From contig NC_134029.1 of NCBI RefSeq assembly GCF_964204645.1, positions 20,020,950 to 20,084,949 of the forward strand: a stretch of DNA of 64,000 nucleotides, read 5' to 3'. Numbering within the stretch: the first letter of the stretch is position 1; every line of letters begins with the position of its first letter. A program made the position numbers and the translations under genes. Shown in pieces: positions 48,685 through 62,509 of this stretch. The stretch comes from Tubulanus polymorphus (lineage: Eukaryota; Animalia; Nemertea). Under the pieces are notes generated by a model. That model saw nothing but the letters and a program-made list of their open reading frames with translations, did not search any database and had not been told where the DNA came from.

Positions 48685-49466
48685 TTATTGGATTTTGATT
48701 TTGTACGCGCCTCGCCAGACGTTGGCTAGGCAGACGGTCGAATGGAAACGATACAGAATTATGAGAGGTATGCACAAATGGCTGATAATGTTCCACGGCA
48801 AAAACGTGTAGAAATTCAACTGGACTGGATTCGTGACCAAACGCATTTTTTCGAATGTATTCATGCCCCACATCGCCAGATTGCAAACCAACAGAAACGT
48901 GACGAACTCGCGGCCGGGCTTCGATTGTTCGTGCGACGCTTTCGTCGACACGCGTCGCAAGCCGTTGAATATGAAAACCGTTTGGATCGTCGACTGAACG
49001 AGCACCATCACCGCCGATATGAGCATCAACAGTCCGCCGATGCTGTCCGTGTGGTAGCGTCCGGCCAACACGCCGAACACGGCGTACACGTAAACGCCGG
49101 TCGTCGATATCAACAACAACGACTCGTCGAGCGAGTTGTCGCGTTCGCCGAGAAACTGCATATCGCGCATGCGCACGAACGCGAACACCGCCGCCATGCC
49201 CGTCAGAAAGTACAGCCCGATCTCCGACGAGTAGACGACGACGATCGCCGAGCCGACGAACTCTTTCTGACGCACGAGCACGTAGAACACGATCAACGAA
49301 ACGATGCCGCCGACGAACACGAGAATGCCGAAGAACAGGCCCTTGTTCGAGCCGTGGCAGTCGACGCTGACTCGGTTTCGTTTCTTGCGCAACGCGTCAT
49401 CTTCGTTGTAAAATGCGTCTCGCGTTAACGGACTTCCGATATTCCTCCACATGATGTACAGAATGC
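48685..49466 (-). CDS. OTOP: Otopetrin last coding exon (end of TM6 to TM12)
   Basis: tttcttcag|GC ATT CTG TAC ATC ATG TGG...YRFHSTVCLANVWRGAYKIKIQ*. Confidence 0.95.
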
Positions 49467-52161
49467 CTGAAGAAAGAAAAAAACATTGGTAATCACAAAT
49501 TATTCATCTTTCACAGTTGATTTCCTTGGATTTATAAATTTCTTGGGATTCTAGAACCATTGCCCCCAAACCTCTATTTTTGAGTGCCATGCCAAGATTT
49601 TAGTTCATTTGCCATATCAAAGGGAAACTTTAGAATTGGTAATTCTGTTACTTAACAATCATTGAATAATGCAAATTCAAAAAAAAAATTGGGGACTATC
49701 CATGGGTCCCGATACCGATGTTGCAATTGGTCGATTACCTGTCGTTATGAGGCTATACTGAATAGTCATCGGATATAAATAAGGACTGGCTTGTTCAACA
49801 GTGGCTCCCATCAGGTCGATATGCCGACATCCACCAGTAGGATCTGTGTCTACAAAAAACGAATTGGGAATAATTCAGCTTAGAAATTGAATTCCTAATG
49901 GTCGGCTAAGGTGCCGTTTATAAGTTACTAACCGTTGAGCAATAATTTTCTGACAATTCGGTATTTTCCGTTGTGTTTCGAGATATTTGCGGTTCCTCCG
50001 TCGGTCACGTACGATGACACTTGATCGTTTTGCTGTCGTTGTATTTGATTGTTAACCATGTCGGTGTAGTAATCGCGAAGGATCTCTTTGATCGTCACGC
50101 GACTCAACACGCAAAGATTCGTCGCGATCATGTGCATCAAACCGAATCGCGCCAGCGTCTTGAATTTATGGATGCACATCTGCAAAATTCATTCAAAATA
50201 ACAGTTTCATTCAAATTTGACTAGTTGTACAGTGGAACGTCGAATATAACAAGTTAGAACAAATCTAGAATTAAATCCAGAAAAGGATGAAATTACAAAT
50301 TTCATACTGGATATAACGAACTATCGGTTATAGCGAACATATTTTCTGGTTGCCTGAAGTTCGTTGTAACGAGGTTTCACTCTATCTAATAGCGTAGACT
50401 GTATTGAGCACTCTTTTATTCAGAGCTAAAAATTCAGTAGCAGACGGATATCTTAGTTTCATATACACCTGATAGATGGCATAAGAGTCAATAACAACGC
50501 AGCGATGACGTTAACCATGGATTTTACAGGTGAGTTTATAACTTGCCTTCGAGTTCAGGAATACGAAGTAAAGCTGTATGAAAGTGAATCCCAGATGTAA
50601 CATCGGTCGTACGACAACGAGTATGTTCGTGCAAGGCGATAATTTCTCCATATCGAATACTTCGCTGAATTTCAGACCATCGTGAATCATACTGCCGATG
50701 CCGAAAGCTGTAAAAAAAGTAATTCTTATTAATTATGCCGGCACAATTTTTTACAAGCCTGCTAATTGGCCTTTAATAAATCAATATCTTTTTTCTGAAA
50801 AAAGAAATATGATACACTTTTCCAGGTCAATTTTATCCTTATTTAAAAGAAAGTAATTTTAGAATGTAGGGTTTATTGCGTGCATCATAGTACATGTCTG
50901 CATGCATATACATTGATTACAATTTCATGTACACGAACTTCTAACTGTTTATATTTTCCCCGCATGCAGACATTGATCTAACCAGGCCAGACAATTACAC
51001 TTTCAAACCTTCCAGTCCTACGGATATGAATTACTGGCAATATGTAATATATTCAGCAGTAAGGATTAACCCAAAGTAGGTAGGCAAACATGTTTTACCT
51101 TTACGAGAGGTGTAGTGCTGTTTACTGGGTAAACATTCTAATATAAATTGGTTTCTTATTGAATAACAAGTGCCAGTATTTGAACTAGAAAGGTGTGGCT
51201 GAACGAGATGGCTGCAGTTCAAAATATGATTCAACGCTACCTAGATTATTTCTCTAGCCCCTAATAGCAAATGGCATGAAAAAACAGGTATGGAGGCTCA
51301 AGCTTTGAAACAAGTCATCTACCTTCTTAACTGTATTCTGGAATGTTACTATTCTGGCAAAGGGCTTAAACGCATAAGTTGACGAGAAAAGCCCCCACTT
51401 TGAATTCAAAGGTTTGCAGGGATACAGGGGACTTTTGAGACTTGTACAAGTCCATCAAATCTTTTGTATGCCATATTTCATTTGACCAACATGGAAAATC
51501 GGTGCATTTCAGCGTCTTATAATGCTTTTTGGACATCAACAATGTGCTCGTTGTAAATAGTTGAGACTATTCCCAGTCTTGGATGAATACCATTAAGAGT
51601 AACTGACGATATCAATTTAAACAACCGTAATCATTTTTTTCCCTATGTCTTGGGCAGAATTCTTCCATAAATTTGTTTCAATTGATATTGCGTGATTTTC
51701 TCAAATGACATCAAAGAGCCCTTCTGGGATGTGGCAAGTTCAATCAGGGTCTGTATAGCTCCTCTTACTTCAAAATACGACTTTCTTTCTGCGAGACATT
51801 TCGACTTGTATACGTACCGACTGAACCGACGCGTAGATAGAAACTGCCGGTGTGATGCGTACCGACGATCACGCCGATTTTACGCTTCCTCGGCTTGTCC
51901 ATCAGCGCGTGCGTCGTCAGTCCGTTCTCTTCGCACTTCTTGCGTTTCTGCTTGCGATACGTGCGCACGGTTTTGTTGCGCAACAAATACGCGTACACGT
52001 ACACGAGGAACAGTATCGCGATGCCGTACAGATAGATGTAGAACGCTTCGTAGAGGTTGTACGGAACGGCGTGCGCGAAGATCTCCGTGATCGGCATCAC
52101 CGTACCGAGAACGACCAACGCGATCGCGTACAAACTGCTCGTTATATTGAAGAAACAGTCT
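48685..52161 (-). CDS. OTOP: Otopetrin-family proton channel (OtopLc-like), core: complement(join(48685..49466,49739..49849,49933..50179,50547..50707,51818..52161))
   Basis: Phase-consistent exons with otopetrin motifs HTGSFYLRVG, AFGIGSMI, FTFIQLYF, RFGLMHMIATNLC, YLYPxTIxYSL, VDCHGSNKGLFFG, KPGREFVTFLLVCN and PLxIxYRFHS. Confidence 0.93.
49739..49849 (-). CDS. OTOP: Otopetrin exon (TM6)
   Basis: ttttgtag|...ACAG|gtaatc; DTDPTGGCRHIDLMGATVEQASPYLYPMTIQYSLITTG; phase 1/1. Confidence 0.9.
49933..50179 (-). CDS. OTOP: Otopetrin exon (TM5 and extracellular loop)
   Basis: tttgcag|ATGTGC...AACG|gttagt; MCIHKFKTLARFGLMHMIATNLCV. Confidence 0.9.
50547..50707 (-). CDS. OTOP: Otopetrin exon (TM3-TM4), followed by a GC-AG intron
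   Basis: ttttacag|CT TTC GGC...TCG AAG|gcaagt; AFGIGSMIHDGL...HLGFTFIQLYFVFLNSK joins in frame to MCIHK. Confidence 0.9.
51818..52161 (-). CDS. OTOP: Otopetrin exon (TM1-TM3)
   Basis: ttttcag|A GAC TGT...GTC G|gtacgt; SSLYAIALVVLG...FYIYLYGIAILFLVYVY...HTGSFYLRVGSV. Confidence 0.92.
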
Positions 52162-52221
52162 CTGAAAAATACAAGAAAACAACGCACATTATAGTACAAC
52201 GTCGATCACGAGTAATATGAA

Positions 52222-52553
52222 ATGAAATAACGCTCCTCCCCCGGCAGGGATTCGAACCTGATGGCATCAAGACTCGCAACAGTACCGAAACACCGCCTGA
52301 TTAGCCCGAGTGCGCCGCTTAGATGATGCCATTATCAGCCAATCAGAAATTGCGTTTTATTTTGGCCCAAGTTTGTCCATTTATAGTTTATCCATGAAAT
52401 TTGCATCAAATAATACAACAGGTAATCTGATTGATGCTGCACATTTTCGTGCGGTTAACCTGCGCACTAGGACTAGTCAGGCAAGGTTTCGTGCTGTGGC
52501 TGAGTCAAGCTATGCCATCAGGTTTGAATCCCTGCTGGGGGATGATGGATTTC
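52222..52553. repeat. Inverted pair of tRNA-like (B-box) sequences
   Basis: 52222-52315 (minus) and 52462-52553 (plus) share GCGCACT.GG.CTA.TCAGGC...ATGCCATCAGGTT(C/T)GAATCCCTGC(C/T)GGGGGA. Confidence 0.6.
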
Positions 52554-53202
52554 ACAGTTATATGTATTCAAGTCAGTAGAAAGTATTCATTTTGATGAAT
52601 CTGAATCAAATTCGCTAGAAAGTGATTGTTTTTCATCCAATGAAATGTATAAATACAATATTCAAAGAGAGATACATAGTAAAAATATGGCATTAGAACA
52701 AATTTGGCGTTATAAACAATGGTATTCACATTGAAGTTAAATTGAGCTAATCTTCTTGAAAATGTTGGCATTAAGTGAACACTGGCATTAATGGCATCAG
52801 GATGGCGTCATAACGGACTTTGACCGCATCGATATTTTGGCATTTCTTCAGGGATGCTGTATCAACAACTTATGAAAGGGTATAATTTGATATCTGCGCT
52901 GCTCTCTGCGCTGTAACAGTGTCGCAGTCGACTGGCAGTTTCCCTCGAGTGACACTGGAGACATATTTACATGAAAATGGTCATCAGATATCCGCGCTCA
53001 GTGAGCAATCATGTCCAATAATCTGATAGCGCTCGCTGGTGTTACTACTGCTAGTCGTATATCAACAGCTGTTATGGCGGCGTCTGACAGACGGATGGAT
53101 GGCCAGCTTCTTGTCAATCGAGAAAATGTCTCTACATTACATTATCAGAATACATAGCGACATACTAACGAATTCCTGGCGTATTGATCCATGGTCGTTT
53201 TA

Positions 53203-53530
53203 AGCTCTGTCTACACAAGCATTTTGTACCCGGGTTATGCGTCTACACTACGCTTGAAACACAAGTTCAATGCAGAGTTTTCGGGCTGCAAAACCCAGGT
53301 TTTAGAAAGCCCGCATTGAACCCACATCGCGTAAAAATCTGCATCTTCTCTTTAAGTGTAGACGGTAAACCCGTGTTCAATGCAGCATTCGGGTGCCACA
53401 ATTGACCTTGAACTTGCACTAGAGATGTTGATTCTTACTACCGAAACTGAGTTGAGTGTAAACGCTACACGCTGCGAACCCGGGTTTACGTCGAAACCCA
53501 GGTTTTAACGCGCTCTTATGTAGACGTGGT
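53203..53530. mobile_element. Harbinger-like palindromic MITE
   Basis: GTCTACAC / TGTAGAC termini with repeated AACCC(A/G)GGTT. Confidence 0.5.
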
Positions 53531-56500
53531 TTTAGAATCCATGATCGAACTGAACCGACATTTTGCGGGAGGCAGCGGCGATCTAACTACTCGAGAAACT
53601 TCCACGGCGATAGATTTCAAATTTATAACAATATACAGAACTCGAAGACTCGCGCGCGTACGACGACTATATATCGATTTCGCGTCAAATCCGGTGAGAA
53701 ACGACACGACCGTCGGCAGTACCGGTCTGTACGGCGCGGCTGTGTACTAATTACTCCACGCTTCGATACACAACCGATGTAAGCCCGAGTATTAAACGCT
53801 CTACCGGTCGAGTCTCTTAATTCTTCGCAGATGACTCTCGTCGTATACTTTGACTTACACCGGGAAAGTCATCATCATCGCGATGTTGTTACAAATAGGT
53901 TTGACAATATACAGAGGGGTTTGACAATATACAGCGGGGTTTGACAATATGCAGCGGGGTTCGATGACAGGTTACTGAAAAGTTCTTACTTATGGAAAAA
54001 TTTAGGATACGACCTGATCAGTGCTTACTTTCCGGGTTAAATCCTGAAAGCGCTGAAAAGTACTTTCTTTTTGGACTGAATATCATCGCTAGAGATATTT
54101 ACTGATGAACTCTATAGCGGTCTATCGCCTCTGTCCAGTAACTTAGTCGCAATCTTAAGAAGTTGTTTCTTTCGAAATAAATATTAAATTTGAATGGCGA
54201 TACAGAATTTCATATTTCATGTCTCGATCCCTGATTTAGAAAAATGCCAACAACTCGTCTTAAGCCGCAATTGCACAGAGATGATTTGGCCCGGGCTAAA
54301 TTAACCGGGATCAGGCTCGAGTCAAATTTGCCTAATTAGGGAGCGTGTTCACGAGCAAATCACTCACTTGATACTGAACAATGCTCAAACAAAGTAGAGT
54401 ACTAAACATGGATCGAACTTTGGCTCTAAACTTGGGTTCGACGCTGTGGTTCATCTAACACATCTAAATCTCAACTCAGAAATCTCCGATATCGATGAAA
54501 TTTCCTAGAAAATCTCGTAAAATCTTAATTGAGATTCGCTGTCATTGAAAACCGTGATAACGCATACCGACATCGAGATTGTGAAACAAGTTTTCAAAAT
54601 ATGAAGAACTTGGACGAGCGAGTGTTCTCGAAACATTTTGTTGTTGCTGAAACTTTCGAGAGGCCATTGAACGTTGCCGTGTATATCGGAGATAACACGT
54701 AAAAAAGCCGACAGACTTTATCAAGTGATATACTCTACTCAATACTAGACTCAGACTGTAGCCGGGATAAGAGCCATGTATGTTACCAATCGAACAGATG
54801 CCTTGTAGCTATATTTTTAACGATAAATCTCGAGAATCCGACCAGAATCCGACCGGCTCTATGTGTTGACAGCGTTTTACTGAATTTTACCACTTCGCTG
54901 ATTTTACATCTGCTCGCCGCGGAACGAACTACACCTGCAGCTACTCCAGGTGAAATTCAAATATTCATTTGTCATTACGTTCAGCCCGGGAGTAGACTAG
55001 CTGTAGTTCGTTCAATCAATAGACTTATATAGCAGGACCCAGTTCCACAGTTGTGAGTTAGAGTTAACTCTGAGTTAAAGTTAGTTCATTTTCAATGATT
55101 TAACTCGGGAGTTAAATCTTAACTCGGAACTGTGGAACTGGACCCAGATTGTTTAGAAAATAATGGAAATTGCTTTCTGGAATTAAATGTCTGTACATTC
55201 TGGTATTTGAAATTTTGAGTCTGGCCAGAATAATTTTCGTGGGCATCATAAGGGGGGTCGGGGGAGCAAACCAACCCCTGTTTGAAATTTTAAGTTCTGC
55301 TCATTTTACTTCGATTTAAACAAAAAATTCCATAAATTTGACCGCCGATCACGTAACTATATCTGTACCGTACTTCAATTTTCGATTTCCAAATCAATCC
55401 CGCCCCATTTCATTCCCAGCAGGTGCGGTGGGTTTATAAGGGACGAAATCTACCTAGCAAGCGAAATCTACCTAGCAAATAAATAACAGGGTCAATCACT
55501 ATTTTAAGAATAGCCATGCTCCGATGAATCAGTATAACACACAGGTGCAGTACAGGGCTCTTTACACTAATGCAGTCTCGAGGCAGTCAGCCGAACAGAT
55601 GGTGAATTATTCTTACGTAATAAATACATCATCATCATCATCAATAATTAGTAAAGTTTTCACGTACAATTACGAGAACAATCAAATACACTCTGAACTT
55701 TACATCATTCATAATCGATGAATATATCGTATTCAACGTACACACATCAAATATATGTGGCTATGATTCACTGTTGCAAAGATTAGGTTTCCCGATTTCA
55801 TTTTCTATAACCTTTCCATAGCTTTTCCATACCCAGATTTATCCATACCCCTAAGTTACACAAAACCAACGTAGGCCCATTCAAAGTACCGTAAACAAGT
55901 ACCATTATCGCTACCTTCGGCAAAGCGTTTTCATAAAGTCTGTTATCAAATGCCTAGTAAGACATTTCAGGTATGCAGCGTCAAATTCGGAATAGAAGAA
56001 AAGTTTTATCAGATTTTCTGATTTTCCATGCTTTTTCCCATAGCCATACAGAGAAAACAAAATATCCATAGCTTTTCCAGGGCCAAAGCTTTCCAAAACC
56101 CGTAACAACCTTGATACGGTGGAGGCATGCCAAAATATAAAACCATACTGGGGGGAGATAAGGATAGATGAACGCAGATGATCTATATCAAGTCTAAGGA
56201 GACGATGATATATTAATATAGCGAAATCATCCGATGTATTTCGCGTCGGTAGTGACTGCGGCCGACCAGTCGTAATCCATATTCAACTTTTCACGCTTGG
56301 AAAAATAGCCCGAAGCCTCGGTTATCGCGGCGTTAGATGGAGAAAAAAATAACGCCGATGCCGATAAGAGATTAGAAAACACTGTGGCAGTCAATAAAAA
56401 GTCAAAGGTAACATTTTTCCATCGATACAACATACCGAGTATTAACGCGTACTGTTTTACTTGCGGGAATCTTTGAAAATAGATAACAAGGACATCAGCA

Positions 56501-58806
56501 GACGCCAGAGTTGTGTGAATTGATTGCTGGAAAACAATCAGGGTAGCGAAATCCATTTTGTAGGAGAAGCGTTCTTAACATTCACTTTCGAAATAATATC
56601 TCCCCACAGTCTGAATGAACAGTTCCACAAAATTCTGATACAATATCGATAACTTATCAGACGTTTGCCTACACGCTGTCTGAGAACTTTACAGCAACAT
56701 CTCGTTGAAAAATTACAAAAACCATTTGCAAATGGAAGGAAAATAACGAAGAAACTACGAAGAAACAGACAATGCTTTCAAATCTTAACCCATTGCTTCC
56801 AAGTGTGTATGTGTTAAGTAAGCAGGCAAAACATAAATCCTGGGGATTCGTTTGCCAGTTAACATCAATTACAGATGAGACCAATTCTTACCCTAAAGCA
56901 CTGGAGATGATTTAAAAGATTTGAAAAATTCTACACCAGTGCCCTGCAGTGCATCTACACCGCAGTGCGGAGTATCGTAAGTTACTCATATTTCACAATG
57001 TTTGATAAGTGCGACCAACTTTCAATAGGGATTATAACAACGAACTAATAATCAAATCAGTACGACGCACTAAGGTGTACTAGCAGTCCGTCATTAATCC
57101 ATTTTACATCGAACTGCTGTGTACAAGCAGTCCATCACTTAGCCTTTTAACACCGCACTGCAGTGTACTGGCAGTCCATCACTGATCCATTTTACATCGT
57201 ACTGCGGTGTACAAGCAGTCCATCACTAAGCCTTTTTACACCGCACTGCAGTGTACTAGGTCCGTCACTGATCCCTTTTACACTGCACTGCAGTGTCGAC
57301 GCGCTGAAAGGATTAAGAAGTATATATATTTAAAAAACCCGGGAATAGACAAATCGAATTAAGTCTCATCTGCGTAACTTTCATTTGTAACTATCTCCGC
57401 GCGATTATTGTTGTCATGCGCAACGAGCTTAATCACACAACAAACCGCGGCTGAAACGTCAAGGGATTGAATATTGGCGTCACATTCGAACTGTAGCCGT
57501 CGAAAAAAGAGCTGCGGCAATTCCTCATTGACGCCAAATCCATGATGATTCCTTACGGGAGAAAACAACGCGCCGCAACTGTTCAATATTCATGATTACG
57601 AAACGGCGGAATTCGAACGTCGCTTCCAGCGCGGTATATACACAGCAGACGACTGTTTCGAAGAATGTTGACGGCACGACTTGTTGCGCGAGAAGTCTGA
57701 CAATGACGAACGAAACACCCGAGAGGGTATCCGTAGACAAATGCGTCGAAGCGGATCGGATTGATACGGTAGATACTCAGCTCAAGTCAGATCTTATAGA
57801 AATGCGGAATTCATCCGACTTTAGGATATCCGCGCTGGATGACATTGTATAGGACACAAGCCATGAGTGAAAATGGTTCTCAAGCTCCGACTCCTACTTT
57901 GAAATTACCTTGCGTTAGTTCTCATTGCATTTTGGATATGTTGTACCTAAGACAAATAGATTTAAATTTTGTCAAGACAACATTTTTAGATTTTGACCCC
58001 GTTCCTTAGTTATGAGGTCATCTTCAAGGTCATGTTGCTGAAGAACATTTAATGCCTAGTTCTGCAGCTAGGTGGCACACTGGGCCCATTATTTGCACTG
58101 GGCAACTAGACCCCCGTACTAACATTGTACCATTGTAACATCGAAAGTTTCATCAAGATCAACCTACTATCAACGAAGCTAAGCAGCTGAAAGTCAGACA
58201 CACACATACAAACAAACTGACAGACTACCAAAAGGGTCTCACGGAAGCCCGAGAACCAAAAGTTTTTTACGAACATCAGATGAGTTGAATGGTTATATCC
58301 AAGTTGATTGTATCCAAATTGAATGCAAACCAACTACGAGGTGAAAGCGAAAATGTCAGCGAGAGTATGGAAATAGATGATACTACTACTCGCATAATGA
58401 ACAGCATTGATGAGATTACGGAAGAAAAAAACACGTTTTATGGAAATCTCTGACAAATATGACATCGTAATCGAGAATCTGCCGATGAGGGCACTAACTT
58501 GCAGCTGTAATTGCTGCCATTAATAATAGATTCATTTACTCGCGATTCCAGTGGCATATAAGCACTTAAAACACTTCTCGATTAATGCAATTAGCTCTGT
58601 AACGAAGCCCCCACTACGCACGCTTAAACAGAGGGCAAACCGTTTTAGTCATCATTATTTTTATGTGCAATCACAGAGATTGAAATAGATTAACTTCCAG
58701 TGGAAAGATCAACCGATTTTAGTCCTTATTCCACCAAAATATAGAACATTTAGACTTAGAAGTAAAAATCTCCGCATTTGTGCAGAACGATTTTGGTGGT
58801 ATAGAG

Positions 58807-60993
58807 TGGCGGTATAATGGGGGTGTTTTACGATGTATTATGGCGGTATAATGGGGGTTTTATTATGTATTATGGCGGTATAATGGGGGTGTTTTACTAT
58901 GTATTATGGCGGTATAATGGGGGTGTTTTACTATGTATTATGGCGGTATAATTGGGGTGTTTTACTATGTATTATGGCGGTATAATGGGGGTGTTTTACG
59001 ATGTATTATGGCGGTATAATGGGGGTTTTACTATGTATTATGGCGGTATAATGGGGGTGTTTTACTATGTATTATGGCGGTATAATGGGGGTTTTATGAT
59101 GTATTATGGCGGTATAATGGGGGTGTTTTACTATGTATTATGGCGGTATAATGGGGGTGTTTTACTATGTATTATGGCGGTATAATGGGGGTGTTTTACG
59201 ATGTATTATGGCGGTATAATGGGGGTTTTATGATGTATTATGGCGGTATAATGGGGGTGTTTACTATGTATTATGGCGGTATAATGGGGGTGTTTTACTA
59301 TGTATTATGGCGGTATAATGGGGGTGTTTTACTATGTATTATGGCGGTATAATGGGGGTGTTTTACTATGTATTATGGCGGTATCATGGGGGTGTTTAAC
59401 TATGTATTATGGCGGTATAATGGGGGTGTTTTACTATGTATTATGGCGGTATAATGGGGGTGTTTACTATGTATCATGGCGGTATTATGGGGGTGTTTTA
59501 CTATGTATCATGGCGGTATAATGGGGGGTGTTTTACTATGTATCATGGCGGTATAATGGGGGTGTTTTACTATGTATTATGGCGGTATAATGGGGGTGTT
59601 TACTATGTATCATGGCGGTATTATGGGGGTGTTTTACTATGTATCATGGCGGTATAATGGGGGGTGTTTTACTATGTATCATGGCGGTATAATGGGGGTG
59701 TTTTACTATGTATCATGGCGGTATAATGGGGGGTGTTTTACTATGTATCATGGCGGTATAATGGGGGGTGTTTTACTATGTATTATGGCGGTATAATGGG
59801 GGTGTTTTACTATGTATTATGGCGGTATAATGGGGGTGTTTTACTATGTATCATGGCGGTATAATGGGGGGTGTTTTACTACGTATCATGGCGGTATAAT
59901 GGGGGGTGTTTTACTATGTATTATGGCGGTATAATGGGGGTGTTTTACTATGTATTATGGCGGTATAATGGGGGTGTTTTACTATGTATCATGGCGGTAT
60001 TATGGGGGTGTTTTACTATGTATTATGGCGGTATAATGGGGGTGTTTTACTTTGTATTATGGCGGTATAATGGGGGTTTTACTATGTATTATGGCGGTAT
60101 CATGGGGGTGTTTTACTATGTATTATGGCGGTATCATGGGGGTGTTTTACTATGTATCATGGCGGTATAATGGGGGGTGTTTTACTATGTATTATGGCGG
60201 TATAATGGGGGTGTTTTACTATGTATTATGGCGGTATAATGGGGGTGTTTTACTTTGTATTATGGCGGTATAATGGGGGTTTTACTATGTATTATGGCGG
60301 TATCATGGGGGTGTTTTACTATGTATTATGGCGGTATCATGGGGGTGTTTTACTATGTATTATGGCGTTATAATGGGGGTGTTTTACTATGTATTATGGC
60401 GGTATAATGGGGTTTTTACTATGTATTATGGCGGTATAATGGGGGTGTTTTACTATGTATTATGGCGGTATAATGGGGGTGTTTACTATGTATTATGGTG
60501 GTATAATGGGGGTGTTTTACTATGTATCATGGCGGTATAATGGGGGGTGTTTTACTATGTATTATGGCGGTATCATGGGGGTGTTTTACTATGTATTATG
60601 GCGGTATCATGGGGGTGTTTTACTATGTATTATGGCGTTATAATGGGGGTGTTTTACTATGTATTATGGCGGTATAATGGGGTTTTTACTATGTATTATG
60701 GCGGTATAATGGGGGTTTTAACAATGTATTATGGCGGTATAATGGGGGTTTTAACAATGTATTATGGCGGTATAATGGGGGGTGTTTTACTATGTATTAT
60801 GGGGGTGTTTTACTATGTATTATGGCGGTATAATGGGGGTGTTTACTATGTATTATGGTGGTATAATGGGGGTGTTTTACTATGTATCATGGCGGTATAA
60901 TGGGGGGTGTTTTACTATGTATTATGGCGGTATAATGGGGGTGTTTTACTATGTATCATGGCGGTATAATGGGGGGTGTTTTACTATGTATTC
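58807..60993. repeat. About 34-bp G-rich minisatellite, about 2.2 kb (roughly 60-65 copies), in an otopetrin intron
   Basis: Unit TTTTACTATGTAT(T/C)ATGGCGGTATAATGGGGGTG, head to tail with no spacers. Confidence 0.97.
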
Positions 60994-62509
60994 TGTATAA
61001 AGATGTGCATTGAGAAAACCTGGCGGTAGGCAGGGGTATGTGGGAGGGCAGTATAATGGGGGGGGGGGGGGTGACTGTATATACTTCAATTTAACAAAAA
61101 ATCTTGTAAATTCGACCCATCATCCAACTATATCTGTTCTTCGATTTTGATATCGAAAAACCCTATTTTGCTCCCAGCAAGTGTGGCGGGTTTGTAAGGG
61201 TCACCAAATCAAATCAATTCTAATGAAAAACGGGGTCAACCCCTATTCCAAGATCAAGCCCTAGGAGAAGTACTTCAGTCAACGAACCGCTAAAGTCAAA
61301 ACAAAGCTATTACAGCATTTTGGTAATCTAAATATAAATTCCATTGAAATAGATAACTTTGAAGAATAAGAAAAGTAAATTGGGAAAGAACTTTTAAATA
61401 TCGAAATATGGTAACAGCTTTTGTTCTGACGCTTATAGCACACTTGATCCGACTGCATTCACTTGATTCCACTACTGTAAATGGCGATGCGGATCAAGAT
61501 AATAGCTGTTACTAGAGATATACGGCAGTGGGGCAGTAGAGAATACTGTTGTTATATATTATTCAGATTCGTCGCTAAACGTTCTAGTAAATCATGTCGT
61601 ATTACATCTCAATGATTCTCGAGAGTGTAATAAATGATGACTATTTACATGATTCATAGAAATGGAAATATTCCAGCAGCAGCAGCAGCAGCAGAAGCAG
61701 CAATTGAGGAGAAACTTTGTTACGATGACGGATGTACGCTATCACGCTAATGGCCAATAATCCTTTACTAGTGAATGGACACCGAAATGTTTCATTCATT
61801 CGTCGGTTTAAAACCTAGTAACTCATTCTCTGGTGACCATAATAACAGCAATCAGGCTACTTACATACACTACAGATATAACTAATCAGTGATTTACATA
61901 GCCTCCTCCAAGCGATCATCATTACTGAATATATATGTATATATATTAAGGCACAATACAGATGAACTAAGAATGCTGAAATGCCACTTATAGATAATAA
62001 TCCAGCAAAGTCGGTTTCACCATGGACTCTAAGAGTCCACGGTTTCACCATGAAATTTGGGAAATTTAGTCAAACCGGTTCATAAACCCGGGCAGATTGA
62101 ATCCCAATTCTATCCCATTATTGATAGCTGCGAGACAATTTGGCCAGGATCAGACCCGAGTCCAATTTGGCCCATGCCTAATTGGAGCGCGCAGTTTATA
62201 ATGTAAATCAATCGCACGTTACTAAAATGCTATCATATTGAGGGCAAGAGATGCAGGCCTCTTCCAGAACCAAATATCATTCGCACAGAATAATTAGACG
62301 AAGACTTGAATCTGGCACAGGCCTCGACTGACGTATTTTGTCGGACCCATTTGATACCGGAGTGAACAGACAGCCTGGGCATAACCCAGCAATAACACTC
62401 GTGTGATTGTGGAAAATGAATGCGATCGCTATTTCAATGATGGAGCAGGCGTCTCTATTGTTGGGCAGAGAATTCTACCCGTATATCGATGGTTCGATGT
62501 TATCCATAC

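Noticed and set aside
48742-49428. 228-aa plus-strand ORF (also 51692-52220 and 2036-2236 antisense ORFs)
   Set aside because: Antisense shadows of GC-rich real exons; no recognisable domain.
54569-54668. Possible alternative first otopetrin exon (MASRKFQQQQ...DV G|gtatgc)
   Set aside because: The donor is phase 1 but the downstream exon at 52161 needs phase 2, and no bridging exon was found; it cannot be excluded as a UTR exon.
58807-60993. CRISPR-like array or repetitive protein ORFs (MYYGGIMGVF...)
   Set aside because: Head-to-tail units with no unique spacers, no cas genes and a eukaryotic intron context; the ORFs are translations of the minisatellite.
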